Assembly: GCA_963677595.1 (NCBI GenBank)
Contig: OY782041.1
Span: 576,001 to 640,000 of the forward strand
Reading direction: 5' to 3'
DNA: 64,000 nucleotides
Source: Spirochaetia bacterium
GTDB taxonomy: Bacteria; Spirochaetota; Spirochaetia; CAKZLE01
Shown in pieces: positions 37,320-46,642 of the stretch; position 1 is the stretch's first letter, and every line of letters begins with the position of its first letter. Both the position numbers and the translations under genes were made by a program. Below the pieces are notes generated by a model. It saw nothing but the letters and a program-made list of their open reading frames with translations, was not told the DNA's origin and did no database searches.

Positions 37320-38026
37320 TCCTCTGCTGCGGCAAGTACCTGCTCGAGGTTCCGGTAGTGGGACCCATTCCAGTAGATCTTGCCGCAGTCAGGACACCGA
37401 TAGAGTTCGTCGACCCAGTGGATCGTCTCCGCTTCGAGCTGGTCTGAGATCTCTTCCTTATCTGCCTCATCCAGGATGCCGTCACAGTTCGGGCATCGGT
37501 AGAGCAGTCGATGCCGGCCGGCTAGTCCAAACCGGTACATGACCTCACCGAGCTGGATCTCACTCTCCGTGCTCCGTATCAGCATCCCCTTCCGTATCTC
37601 CTTATGTTTCAGCAGTTCCCTGCTCCTGGTCAGGATCACCCCGGAACCAGTCTTCCCGGCAAGTTCCTCAGGGGTCAGGTCCGGGTCATAGACCGCATCG
37701 AACCCGAGCAGCCTCAGGTAGGTAGCGAGTTTTCCGAGATGGGTATCGAGGATGAAGGTCTGCTCCGCATAGGGCTCGGGAGATATCTGGTCCACTGCCG
37801 CAGTGACACCAGGTTCCAGGATATGCGATTCACCGACCGGCTCACCGTTCACGTAATACATACCGACTTCGGGATGGGGGATCCCGATCGACTCGAGGCA
37901 GTCCTTGATGCTCTGGTGCTCATGCCAGGGAAGGATCACAGACGAATCACGTACCGTCAGGTGGGAATAGATCATCCATGCGATCGCTTCCGGGACTTCT
38001 ATTGAGATCGTGCTGTGTGTGTTCAT
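37301..38026 (-). CDS. Mut7-C RNase (PIN) with N-terminal ubiquitin-like domain
   Basis: KD.LESIGIPHPEV, FILDTHLGKLA.YLRLLG and RCPNC...CPDCGKIYW.GSH motifs. Confidence 0.9.
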   Translation of the reverse strand: MNTHSTISIEVPEAIAWMIYSHLTVRDSSVILPWHEHQSIKDCLESIGIPHPEVGMYYVNGEPVGESHILEPGVTAAVDQISPEPYAEQTFILDTHLGKLATYLRLLGFDAVYDPDLTPEELAGKTGSGVILTRSRELLKHKEIRKGMLIRSTESEIQLGEVMYRFGLAGRHRLLYRCPNCDGILDEADKEEISDQLEAETIHWVDELYRCPDCGKIYWNGSHYRNLEQVLAAAEDYVFSR

Positions 38027-38027
38027 G

Positions 38028-38276
38028 TCAGATGTACAGGTGCTTAGCCGTTACCTGCTCTATGGCATTCAGTTTCTCCACAAACTCCCTGACGACAAGT
38101 TCGTTCTCCGCGACCTCGAGGATGATCAGCCCGGAGGTGCTGCAGCCGTTCTCCGGCATGTCATGCAGTCCCAGACGCACCCTGATCATGCATCCATGCT
38201 CGGTAAGCAGTTTCTGGACCTCTGCCGCATGGGCAGTCCTGGAGTCAACTTTGATCACAACAAGTTTATAATGCAT
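38028..38276 (-). CDS. Small ACT/NikR-C-like protein (TM1266-like)
   Basis: 82 aa; VQKLLTEHGC.IRVRLGL motif. Confidence 0.7.
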   Translation of the reverse strand: MHYKLVVIKVDSRTAHAAEVQKLLTEHGCMIRVRLGLHDMPENGCSTSGLIILEVAENELVVREFVEKLNAIEQVTAKHLYI

Positions 38277-38388
38277 AGGCCTCTCCTTCAGGAAGAATTT
38301 CTATACCTTATTATACTACTCAGGTCACGAGAAATACAGCATCCGGGAATGAATTGATTAATTCATTCCGGCAGGCTACAATAGCTGT

Positions 38389-39324
38389 ATGACAGAACTG
38401 TTGAGTAAATTCATACCGATCTTCCTGCTGCTTGCAGCAGGGTATATCCTGAGGCAGAAAGGCCTCCTGACAAAGCACTTCGTCGATGACATCAAGAAGC
38501 TCATCGTGACGCTCACCCTGCCCTCCACGCTCTTCCTCTCCTTCCTCACGATGGAGCTGAAGAGCTCCTATATATCATTGTTCGCTGCCACGATCGTCTA
38601 CTGCTTCCTGCTCTTCTTCGCCGGCATCATGATGAAGAAAGCGAAGCTGTGCGTCCACCCCTACTCCGAGTTCTTCTATACGGGATTCGAGTTCGGCATG
38701 GTGGGAGTGGCCCTCTTCCTCAGCCTCTTCGGCGCTGAGAACCTCTATGCCATCCTCCTGCTCGGGCTCGGCCATGAGTTGTTCATCTGGTTCTTCTATG
38801 TACCGGCGCTGCAGTTCAGGAGTGAGGGGAACCTCAAGGTAGGGGCAGTACTGGCCTCCTTCTTCACCTCCCCGATCATCATAGCCATCATCTCGGCGAT
38901 CATCCTCAATGCCTCCGGTATCTATGAATCGGTGGATTCCTCGGAGATCACCGGGGGGATCATCTCAGCACTGCAGATGGTCGCGGCGATGACCTCCCCT
39001 CTTATCCTCCTGGTCATCGGGTTCCAGCTCAAGTTCGAGACCTCAGGGCTGAAGAAGGCCCTGAAGCTCATCGGCCTGAGACTGATCTTCGTATGGGCAC
39101 TGGGGATTGCCTTCATGCTCTTCACTGATGCCTTCATCATGGAGCTTACCGACCTGATGAAGTATGCCTTCATCACCTTCATCGTGCTGCCACCGCCCTT
39201 CGTGATCCCGGTCTTCCTGCCGAAGAGCGCAAAGGAGGAGAGCCTCTTCTACAACAACTCGCTGGTCATCTACACCGTGATCACCCTGATCCTCTATATG
39301 GTGATCATGCTGATCATCGTCTGA
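38389..39324 (+). CDS. AEC-family membrane transporter
   Basis: About 10 TM segments; LTLPSTLF and SPIIIAII motifs. Confidence 0.8.
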   Translation: MTELLSKFIPIFLLLAAGYILRQKGLLTKHFVDDIKKLIVTLTLPSTLFLSFLTMELKSSYISLFAATIVYCFLLFFAGIMMKKAKLCVHPYSEFFYTGFEFGMVGVALFLSLFGAENLYAILLLGLGHELFIWFFYVPALQFRSEGNLKVGAVLASFFTSPIIIAIISAIILNASGIYESVDSSEITGGIISALQMVAAMTSPLILLVIGFQLKFETSGLKKALKLIGLRLIFVWALGIAFMLFTDAFIMELTDLMKYAFITFIVLPPPFVIPVFLPKSAKEESLFYNNSLVIYTVITLILYMVIMLIIV

Positions 39325-39396
39325 GAGAGCTATGCTTCGCGTTTTTTGAATCAAAACCTCCTTTTTCCTGTTTAGAATAGGCAGGAGGTATCAAAC

Positions 39397-40278
39397 ATGG
39401 CTTTATCATTCACGTATGAGGGAAGGACCGTCTACCCGCCCACCAATGACGTCGTCTTCAAGGCGATCTTCGCTAAAGAAGACAACAAGGACCTGCTCTG
39501 TTCCCTGCTCAACAGTTTTCTCGATCTCCAGACCGAGGGCCCGGAAGATATCGAGATCGTGGCTCCTGAAGTCAACCGGAAGTATTATGATGACAAACTC
39601 ATACAGCTTGACCTGAAAGTGAAGACAGCTAAAGGTGAGCATATTAACGTGGAGATCCAGGTCCGGGATGAACATAACATGGAACAAAGAAGTATGTACT
39701 ATGTCTCTACCCTGTTTACCGACCAACTGACTGATGGAATGGATTATTCTGAGCTCCAACGTGCTGTAGGACTGAACCTTCTGTGCTATAATACGAAGGG
39801 GAACACGAGGTTCATCAGACGATGGACCATGCATGACAGGGAGACCCAAGAGGAGGTCTCCGACAAAATCGAACTGGTATTCGTTGAGCTGCTGAATACT
39901 GAGTATGCAGACTTGAAAGGCCTGCGGGGGCAGTGGACGACTTTCTTGACTGCAGATACTGAAGAGCCGCTCAAAGAACTCTGTACGGCGAATGCCATGT
40001 TTCGGAAGGCGGTGGATACCTTGGTATATGTCAGTGAAGAAGAGGAAGTTCGCTACTACATGAATATGAAGAAGAAAGCTCGCCTGGATGCTGCAGCCCG
40101 AGAGACACGAGCGAAGAGAAAGGGTATAGCCATAGGGGAAACTTCGACAATACGAAGAACTATCATCAGGGCATTCCAACTTGGTTACGATCCTGCTGCC
40201 ATAGCTGACCTTACCGGTGCGTCTCTCGAGGAGATCGAGAGCATCAGGATAGAATTGGGAAAAGAATCTGAACAGTGA
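39397..40278 (+). CDS. Rpn-family PD-(D/E)XK nuclease (putative transposase family)
   Basis: NDVVFKAIF, LDL...NVEIQ and RSMYY motifs; C-terminal HTH-like tail; GGAGG RBS. Confidence 0.9.
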   Translation: MALSFTYEGRTVYPPTNDVVFKAIFAKEDNKDLLCSLLNSFLDLQTEGPEDIEIVAPEVNRKYYDDKLIQLDLKVKTAKGEHINVEIQVRDEHNMEQRSMYYVSTLFTDQLTDGMDYSELQRAVGLNLLCYNTKGNTRFIRRWTMHDRETQEEVSDKIELVFVELLNTEYADLKGLRGQWTTFLTADTEEPLKELCTANAMFRKAVDTLVYVSEEEEVRYYMNMKKKARLDAAARETRAKRKGIAIGETSTIRRTIIRAFQLGYDPAAIADLTGASLEEIESIRIELGKESEQ

Positions 40279-40378
40279 TCCTTCTGCATCACGAAGCTCT
40301 GCGATGCAGTCAACCTGTTCGGGGAAGGCGGTGGATACCTTGGTATATGTCAGTGAAGAAGAGGAAGTTCGCTACTAC

Positions 40379-40606
40379 ATGGATATGAAGAAGAAAGCTC
40401 GCCTGGATGCTGCAGCCCGGGAGACACGAGCGGAGAGAAGGGGTGAAGCCCGAGGTGAAGCTCGAGGTATAACCAAAGGGGAAACCTCGACAATACGAAG
40501 GACTATCATCAGGGCATTCCAACTTGGGTGGGACCCTGCTGTCATCGCAGATATCACCGGTGCATCTCTCGAGGAGATCGAACGCATCAGGAAGGAGTTA
40601 GCGTAG
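40379..40606 (+). CDS. Stand-alone variant copy of the Rpn C-terminal domain (RpnS-like, 75 aa) or gene remnant
   Basis: Near-identical DNA to 40004 onward begins at 40323; open frame from an ATG after GAAGAGGAAG. Confidence 0.6.
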   Translation: MDMKKKARLDAAARETRAERRGEARGEARGITKGETSTIRRTIIRAFQLGWDPAVIADITGASLEEIERIRKELA

Positions 40607-40633
40607 TCGGTCCTCGTTGTTTACCTGAAGCAG

Positions 40634-40660
40634 ACAAGGCAGCCTGAATGGCTGCCTTGT
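40634..40660. terminator. Hairpin between convergent rpn cassette and guaA
   Basis: ACAAGGCAGCC/GGCTGCCTTGT 11-bp stem. Confidence 0.7.
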
Positions 40661-40675
40661 TAGTTAATGTTTGGT

Positions 40676-42226
40676 CTATTCCCACTCCACCGTTCCAGGC
40701 GGTTTGGACGTGATATCATAGAGGACCCGATTCACCCTGGCTACCTCATTGCAGATCCTGTTCGATGCGGTCTGCAGTACTTCCGGGGGGAAGCGGTACC
40801 AGTCTGCCGTCATGGCATCCTCACTGGTCACAGCCCTCAGGGAGCAGACTTCCTCATAGGTCCTCTCATCTCCCTGGACCCCGACGCTCTTGACCGGCAG
40901 CAGGCAAGCCAATGCCTGCCAGATCTCTCCGTAGAGCCCTGCTTTCCTGATCTCATCGATGAAGATCGCATCGACATCCCGGAGGGTGTCGAGGCGTTCT
41001 TTGGTGATCTCCCCGATGCACCTGATCCCAAGCCCGGGGCCGGGGAAGGGATGACGATAGACCACCTCATCAGGCAGTCCGAGTTCCTTACCGAGTTCTC
41101 GTACCTCATCCTTGAAGAGCTCACGCAATGGTTCGATGAGCTCGAAACGGAGGTCCTCGGGGAGTCCCCCGACATTATGGTGACTCTTGATGGTCGCAGA
41201 CGGCCCACCGGTAGCCGAGATGCTCTCGATCACGTCTGGGTAGAGGGTCCCCTGTGCCAGGAAGTCCACATGGCCGATACTCCGTGCTTCATGCTCGAAG
41301 ACCTCGATGAACTCCTTCCCGATGATCTTGCGTTTGGCTTCCGGCTCTGAGATACCCTTGAGCTTGTCGAGGAAGCGATCCTCGGCATCCGCATACTGCA
41401 GTCGTATATGGAAGTTGTCCCGGAAGACCTGGATCACCAGGTCAGCTTCCCCTTTCCTCAGGAGGCCGTTATTCACGAAGACACAGACGAGCTGGTCGCC
41501 GATCGCCTTGTGCAGCAGCGCGGCAACCACGGAGGAATCGACTCCCCCGGAGAGGCCGCAGAGCACGATCCTGTCCCCCACTCGCTTCCTTATATCGGCC
41601 ACTGCCGTGTCGACGAATGATTCCATGCTCCAAGACTCGGTACAGCCGCAGATCCCATGAACGAAGTTGCTGATCAGTCTCGTCCCATGCTCGGTGTGAA
41701 CCACCTCGGGATGGAACTGTACCCCGAACATCTTCGTCTCAGGATTCTCGATGGCCGTGAACTCACAGTTCTCGGTCGAGGCGGTAAGGCTGAATCCCGC
41801 AGGGAGCCGGCAGACCGAGTCCCCGTGACTCATCCAGAGCTGGGTGCCTGGACCGATACCCTCGAAGAGGGGGGAATCCTTCACGCTCCCGAGGGAGGCA
41901 AAGCCGTACTCGCGCTTGTCAGGCCGCTGGACATCCCCGCCGAGCATCAGCGACATGACCTGGAGGCCGTAGCAGATCCCGAGGATCGGGATTCCGAGCT
42001 TGAAGATCTCCGGGTCGGGTCTCGGCGACCCCTCGACCCTGACACTTGCCGGTCCCCCGCTGAAGATGATCCCCTTCGGGTTCAACGCCTTGATCTGGTC
42101 GATCGAGGCATTGAAGGGAAGGATCTGGCTGTAGACGTGGGTCTCACGTACCCGCCGTGCGATCAGCTGGCTGTACTGTGCCCCGAAGTCCAGTACGATG
42201 ATTATCTGGTCATGTTCGCTCATCAT
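40676..42226 (-). CDS. guaA: GMP synthase
   Basis: GICYG, SGGVDS, KSHHNVGG and KPPGTVEWE motifs. Confidence 0.98.
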   Translation of the reverse strand: MMSEHDQIIIVLDFGAQYSQLIARRVRETHVYSQILPFNASIDQIKALNPKGIIFSGGPASVRVEGSPRPDPEIFKLGIPILGICYGLQVMSLMLGGDVQRPDKREYGFASLGSVKDSPLFEGIGPGTQLWMSHGDSVCRLPAGFSLTASTENCEFTAIENPETKMFGVQFHPEVVHTEHGTRLISNFVHGICGCTESWSMESFVDTAVADIRKRVGDRIVLCGLSGGVDSSVVAALLHKAIGDQLVCVFVNNGLLRKGEADLVIQVFRDNFHIRLQYADAEDRFLDKLKGISEPEAKRKIIGKEFIEVFEHEARSIGHVDFLAQGTLYPDVIESISATGGPSATIKSHHNVGGLPEDLRFELIEPLRELFKDEVRELGKELGLPDEVVYRHPFPGPGLGIRCIGEITKERLDTLRDVDAIFIDEIRKAGLYGEIWQALACLLPVKSVGVQGDERTYEEVCSLRAVTSEDAMTADWYRFPPEVLQTASNRICNEVARVNRVLYDITSKPPGTVEWE

Positions 42227-43692
42227 TACCTCGTTATCTGGTAGTTCAGCGGTTCCTCAGTGATCGTGATGTCATGAGGATGACTCTCATTGATCCCTGA
42301 CTGGGTCACCTGGATGAATTCGGCATGCTCACGCATCTCGGCTATCGTGGCACACCCGCAATACCCCATACCTGCCCTTAAGCCACCTACGAGTTGGTGA
42401 ACATAGGCTGAGAGAGGCCCCCTGAAGGGAACACGTCCCTCGATTCCCTCGGGAACGAGTTTCTCCGCATCAGTCACTTCTGACTGCATGTACCTGGCCT
42501 TGGATCCTTTCTGCATGGCCTTGACCGATCCCATACCGCGGTGGACCTTGTAGTTCCTGCCCATATGGGTGATCACCTCTCCCGGTGACTCGGCAGTACC
42601 GGCAAAGAGGTTGCCGATCATGACCACATCCGCCCCGACACCGATCGCCTTCACGATGTCACCGGAGAACTTGATGCCCCCGTCAGCGATGACCGGAATC
42701 CCGTGCTTCTTCGCCACCTCGACGACATCCATGACCGCGGTGAACTGCGGCACACCGACTCCTGCCACGACACGCGTCGTACAGATGGACCCAGGGCCGA
42801 CCCCTACCTTGAGGGCATCGACACCGGCTGCGATCAGCTTCTCTGCCGCATCCTTCGTGACGATGTTCCCCGCGATGACGTCGATCTGGGGGAACTCCTT
42901 CTTGACCATCCGGACCGTATCGGCAACCATGACGTTGTGGCCATGGGCACTGTCTACGACAAGGAGGTCCACTTCAGCCTCGACGAGGGCACGTGCCCGT
43001 TCAATCTCGGCGGCCCCGGTGCTGATCGCTGCCCCGACTCTCAGCCTGCCGGAAGCATCCTTGCAGCTGTTCGGGTAATCCTTCGCCTTCATGATGTCCT
43101 TGAAGGTGATGAGGCCTTTCAGGATCCCCTTCTCATCCACGATCGGCAGCTTCTCGATCCTGTAGGTGTGAAGTAGTGCACTCGCCTCTTCCAGAGATGT
43201 CCCCGGGCCTGCAGTGATGAGGTTCTCCTTCGTCATGGCATCGGAGAGCTTCATGGAGAAGTCCTTATGGAATCGAAGGTCCCGGTTGGTGAGGATGCCC
43301 ACGAGTCTCCCTGCATCATCAGTCACGGGGATGCCTGAGATATGGTACCGTGCCATCAGGTCTGTGGCATCCTTGACGGTGTTATCAGGCTTGAGCGAGA
43401 TCGGGGTCGTGATGATCCCTGACTGGGAACGTTTGACCTTGTCTACCTCTGCAGCCTGCTCCTCGATGGAGAGGTTCTTGTGGATGATCCCGATCCCCCC
43501 TTCTCTCGCCAGCGCTATCGCGAGCCTTGACTCGGTCACGGTATCCATCGCCGCGCTCACGAGCGGGATCTGCAGCTCGATGTTCCGGCTGATACGGGTA
43601 GTCGTATCGACATCCCGGGGGACGATCCTGGACTCTGCCGGGATCAACAGCACATCATCGAATGATAGTCCTTTCCTGATCTCTTTCATCAC
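42226..43692 (-). CDS. guaB: IMP dehydrogenase
   Basis: SAAMDTVTE, CBS pair and GPGSICTTR motifs. Confidence 0.98.
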   Translation of the reverse strand: MMKEIRKGLSFDDVLLIPAESRIVPRDVDTTTRISRNIELQIPLVSAAMDTVTESRLAIALAREGGIGIIHKNLSIEEQAAEVDKVKRSQSGIITTPISLKPDNTVKDATDLMARYHISGIPVTDDAGRLVGILTNRDLRFHKDFSMKLSDAMTKENLITAGPGTSLEEASALLHTYRIEKLPIVDEKGILKGLITFKDIMKAKDYPNSCKDASGRLRVGAAISTGAAEIERARALVEAEVDLLVVDSAHGHNVMVADTVRMVKKEFPQIDVIAGNIVTKDAAEKLIAAGVDALKVGVGPGSICTTRVVAGVGVPQFTAVMDVVEVAKKHGIPVIADGGIKFSGDIVKAIGVGADVVMIGNLFAGTAESPGEVITHMGRNYKVHRGMGSVKAMQKGSKARYMQSEVTDAEKLVPEGIEGRVPFRGPLSAYVHQLVGGLRAGMGYCGCATIAEMREHAEFIQVTQSGINESHPHDITITEEPLNYQITR

Positions 43693-43726
43693 CTGTTCCT
43701 TATCTGTATGTGTTCTCTATGCGATA

Positions 43727-43757
43727 AGGGCCGTTCTTCCTCGCGAAGAACGGCCCT
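43727..43757 (-). terminator. Hairpin after ECF S gene
   Basis: AGGGCCGTTCTTC/GAAGAACGGCCCT 13-bp stem. Confidence 0.65.
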
Positions 43758-43765
43758 ATTGTACC

Positions 43766-44332
43766 TTACCAATAAAAATCCCTGACTGGCGGGTATGCCC
43801 GGTAGACGGCGCGTGTCAGCAGTAGTCCACCGACCACACCGACGACGTTCTGTATGATGTTCCCGGGTATCTCAGCGAGTGCTGGGCCGAAGCCCGACAT
43901 GGCAGCCCCTGCCAGGTAGTAGAGCGCTACCATGATGAGCGTACCGAGCAGGCCGGCGAAGATGACCCGTATCTTCGGGAACGCATCCTGCACGGACGAG
44001 CCGGATCTCACGGCGCCCCTCATGACGGCCCCTGCGGCGAATCCCTGGATGCCGTGGATGAAGAACGAGATGATAGCCCATTGCGGGTATCCGCCTATGA
44101 TATCAGCCAGACCTGTCCCGAGGCCTCCCGCGATCATTGCCGTCACCGGCCCGAGTGTGAATGCAGTGAAGTAGATAGCAACATCCCCGAGGTTAATATA
44201 GCCACGGGTAGGTGCGATCGGGATCCTGATGATCAGGGTGAAGACTGCAGTCACGGCTGTGAGTATCGCAATGGAGGAGACTCGGAAAGCTGGTGATATA
44301 TGTCGTTTTACATCTGGATTTGAATCTTCCAT
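43766..44332 (-). CDS. ECF transporter S component
   Basis: GYINLGD and GLGTGLAD..GGY motifs; 5-6 TM segments. Confidence 0.9.
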   Translation of the reverse strand: MEDSNPDVKRHISPAFRVSSIAILTAVTAVFTLIIRIPIAPTRGYINLGDVAIYFTAFTLGPVTAMIAGGLGTGLADIIGGYPQWAIISFFIHGIQGFAAGAVMRGAVRSGSSVQDAFPKIRVIFAGLLGTLIMVALYYLAGAAMSGFGPALAEIPGNIIQNVVGVVGGLLLTRAVYRAYPPVRDFYW

Positions 44333-44375
44333 ATGGTGTCCTTTATGTCTGTCAGCTTTAATAACTCTATCTCAC

Positions 44376-45113
44376 CTAGGCAAATATGCCGGGGAGAACC
44401 AAGAATATGACGGCTATCATAACGGAAATCACAAGATGGGTAAAGAGCTTTCGGTCATTATTCAGCGATTTGTATGCTCTTCTTTTCTTCCGAAGCCCTG
44501 AAGCCCCGAATCCCCGGTGCTCAAGGCTCATCGATAGTTCCGGGATCGTCCTGATAGAGTAGATCATAACAGATGTGAGGGATGGAATCAATGAAGCAAG
44601 CCGGTGTGAGAACCGATTCGTGGAGCTATCTGCCCCCATCCTGAGGCGATGGGCATCCTGGACCTGTCGGTATACCCCACCGAGATAGGGAATGAACCGC
44701 AGCGACATGGTGATCACCAGTGCCGCGTTGTACGGGAGCCGGAACCAGCGCAGGGTCAGGATGACGGTAGACATCTCCGTCGTCCTGAAGAAGAGCGAGA
44801 AGAGATAGCTGATCGAGGTGAACCGTAAGAGCAGCCTGCCTGTGATCAGGAAGGGGTCCTGGAGGTAGAAGGGAGGTGTCAGCACCGCGATGAGTACCAG
44901 GATCGGCCATACGGCGATGATCGGGGTAAAGACCATCCTCCCCCCGAGGGATGTTGCAGTGACCATGACCAACAGCAGGAGCAACCCGCCATGCAGGGTG
45001 ATAGGCACAGGCAGGAAGATGTATGTAAGAAAAAAGACCAGAAGGACCAGCTTGACCCTCGGGTCGAAGCGGTGGAGATAGCTGGTGCCGGGGAGGTAGA
45101 GGGTCATCTGCAT
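44376..45113 (-). CDS. ECF transporter T component
   Basis: LHRFDPRVKL, LRFIP, A.RLR and LEHRGF motifs. Confidence 0.9.
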   Translation of the reverse strand: MQMTLYLPGTSYLHRFDPRVKLVLLVFFLTYIFLPVPITLHGGLLLLLVMVTATSLGGRMVFTPIIAVWPILVLIAVLTPPFYLQDPFLITGRLLLRFTSISYLFSLFFRTTEMSTVILTLRWFRLPYNAALVITMSLRFIPYLGGVYRQVQDAHRLRMGADSSTNRFSHRLASLIPSLTSVMIYSIRTIPELSMSLEHRGFGASGLRKKRRAYKSLNNDRKLFTHLVISVMIAVIFLVLPGIFA

Positions 45114-46531
45114 AGGTTCTTCTCCCCGGTGATCCTTCCTGCTTCCATCATCACGATCCGATGGGCGCAGTGTTCGGCGATCCTCATGTCATGGGTGATG
45201 AAGATCAGGGCATCGACCCGTTTGGCCAATAGCGAGATGATCATGGTGTAATCCTCGAGGGAGATCCCTGAGTCAGTCTCATCGAGGATGCAGACCTTCC
45301 TGTCCAGCAGATAGTAGACTGCTGCCTGAAGGCGCTTTCGCTTGCCGTAGCTCATGATGGCAGGCGGGGACTGGAGGGCCCCGAGCCTGAAGAGCCCTGC
45401 AGCCTCCGTGATGAGCGGTTCTGCCTCCTTCCTCCCGATCCCCTTCTGCTTGAGCCCGAACCCGAGCTCTTCATGGATGGTGGGCAGGAATATCTGGAAA
45501 TCGGGATTCTGGAAGAGGTATCCGGTGTGCTTGGTCAGGGAGGTCGCCGAGGCAACCCCTTCCCGCGTCAGGATCCTGCCTCCCTCAGGCTTCAGCAGCC
45601 CGCAGAGCAGCCTGCAGAGCGTACTCTTTCCCGACCCGTTCGGTCCGTACAATGCCAGGACCTCCCCTCGGTAGAGATCGAGCCTGTCTATTTGGAGCGA
45701 GAACTGGTGTTCCTGGTGTGCAAAGGTGAACGAGAGGTCTTCGACTGAGAAGATGCTCTCCTCGGTGGCTCTACTGACAGCAGGGAGCGCTACGCTCCCA
45801 AGCCGGTCATCCAGGGAGGAGAGGACCGTCTCTTCATCAGAGGTGAGGATCGTGTTCCCTGATTCCTGGGTCACGATACAGCTGAACCGGTTCCCGTAGC
45901 GGTGAAAGAGCTCAATGTCCTTCGAGGCCAGGATAAGGACACTCTTGCCCCGTTCTGCAAGTGAGTGGAGGATCTTCTCCCTCCAGCGGGTATCGAGCTC
46001 CTCGAAGGTCTCATCGAGGACCCACAGGTCCGGGTCTACCGCATCGAGGACAGCCATGAGCAGACGCTTCTTCTCCCCCCCGGAGAGGGAAGCCGGGTTG
46101 CTTACCCGGTAGGACCCAAGTTCATAGAAATCTATGACCCGCTCCAGCCGTTCTTCCATCTCCTCATGCGTGAGTCCCATATGTTCCAGGGGGAAGATGA
46201 TCTCATCCTCGCATACCGGCATGAAGAGCTGCTCCTCCGGGTTCTGGAAGACCAGCCCTATCGTCCTTAGGAGGTCATGGGCCGGGTTTCCGATCACGGC
46301 CTTTTCACCTATGGTGACAGAGCCTGAGAGTCTCCCGCCGTGATACATAGGGACCAACCCGGCCAGCAGCCTGCCAAACGTCGTCTTCCCGCTCTCTGGA
46401 CGACCATAGAGGATATGGACCTCACCTTTGAACAGGTCTAAAGAGACATCGGTGAAGAGCGGGCCTGAAGTGGTCCCGGGATATGAGGTATAGGTGAATG
46501 TAAGGTTCCTGATCTCTGCTACTGTGTTCAT
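45104..46531 (-). CDS. Fused double-ATPase ECF A component (start uncertain)
   Basis: Two Walker A motifs (GRPESGKT, GPNGSGKS) and FQNP twice. Confidence 0.9.
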   Translation of the reverse strand: MNTVAEIRNLTFTYTSYPGTTSGPLFTDVSLDLFKGEVHILYGRPESGKTTFGRLLAGLVPMYHGGRLSGSVTIGEKAVIGNPAHDLLRTIGLVFQNPEEQLFMPVCEDEIIFPLEHMGLTHEEMEERLERVIDFYELGSYRVSNPASLSGGEKKRLLMAVLDAVDPDLWVLDETFEELDTRWREKILHSLAERGKSVLILASKDIELFHRYGNRFSCIVTQESGNTILTSDEETVLSSLDDRLGSVALPAVSRATEESIFSVEDLSFTFAHQEHQFSLQIDRLDLYRGEVLALYGPNGSGKSTLCRLLCGLLKPEGGRILTREGVASATSLTKHTGYLFQNPDFQIFLPTIHEELGFGLKQKGIGRKEAEPLITEAAGLFRLGALQSPPAIMSYGKRKRLQAAVYYLLDRKVCILDETDSGISLEDYTMIISLLAKRVDALIFITHDMRIAEHCAHRIVMMEAGRITGEKNLCR

Positions 46532-46642
46532 CTGCACATCAAACAGTACCGGGTTACGGGGGTTTTGTCTATCATTACCCATCGAGAACCCTATTTTTCA
46601 TATCCAGCCCTTTCCTTAGTACCAACTTCGTACAAGAGTGAT

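Noticed and set aside
39397-40606. Rpn locus as an IS element
   Set aside because: No terminal inverted repeats or target duplication were seen; the family's transposase label is historical.
43693-43765. Purine riboswitch before guaB (also lysine riboswitch before lysC)
   Set aside because: The intergenic regions are too short; before guaB there is only a simple hairpin, and no aptamer consensus is visible at either site.
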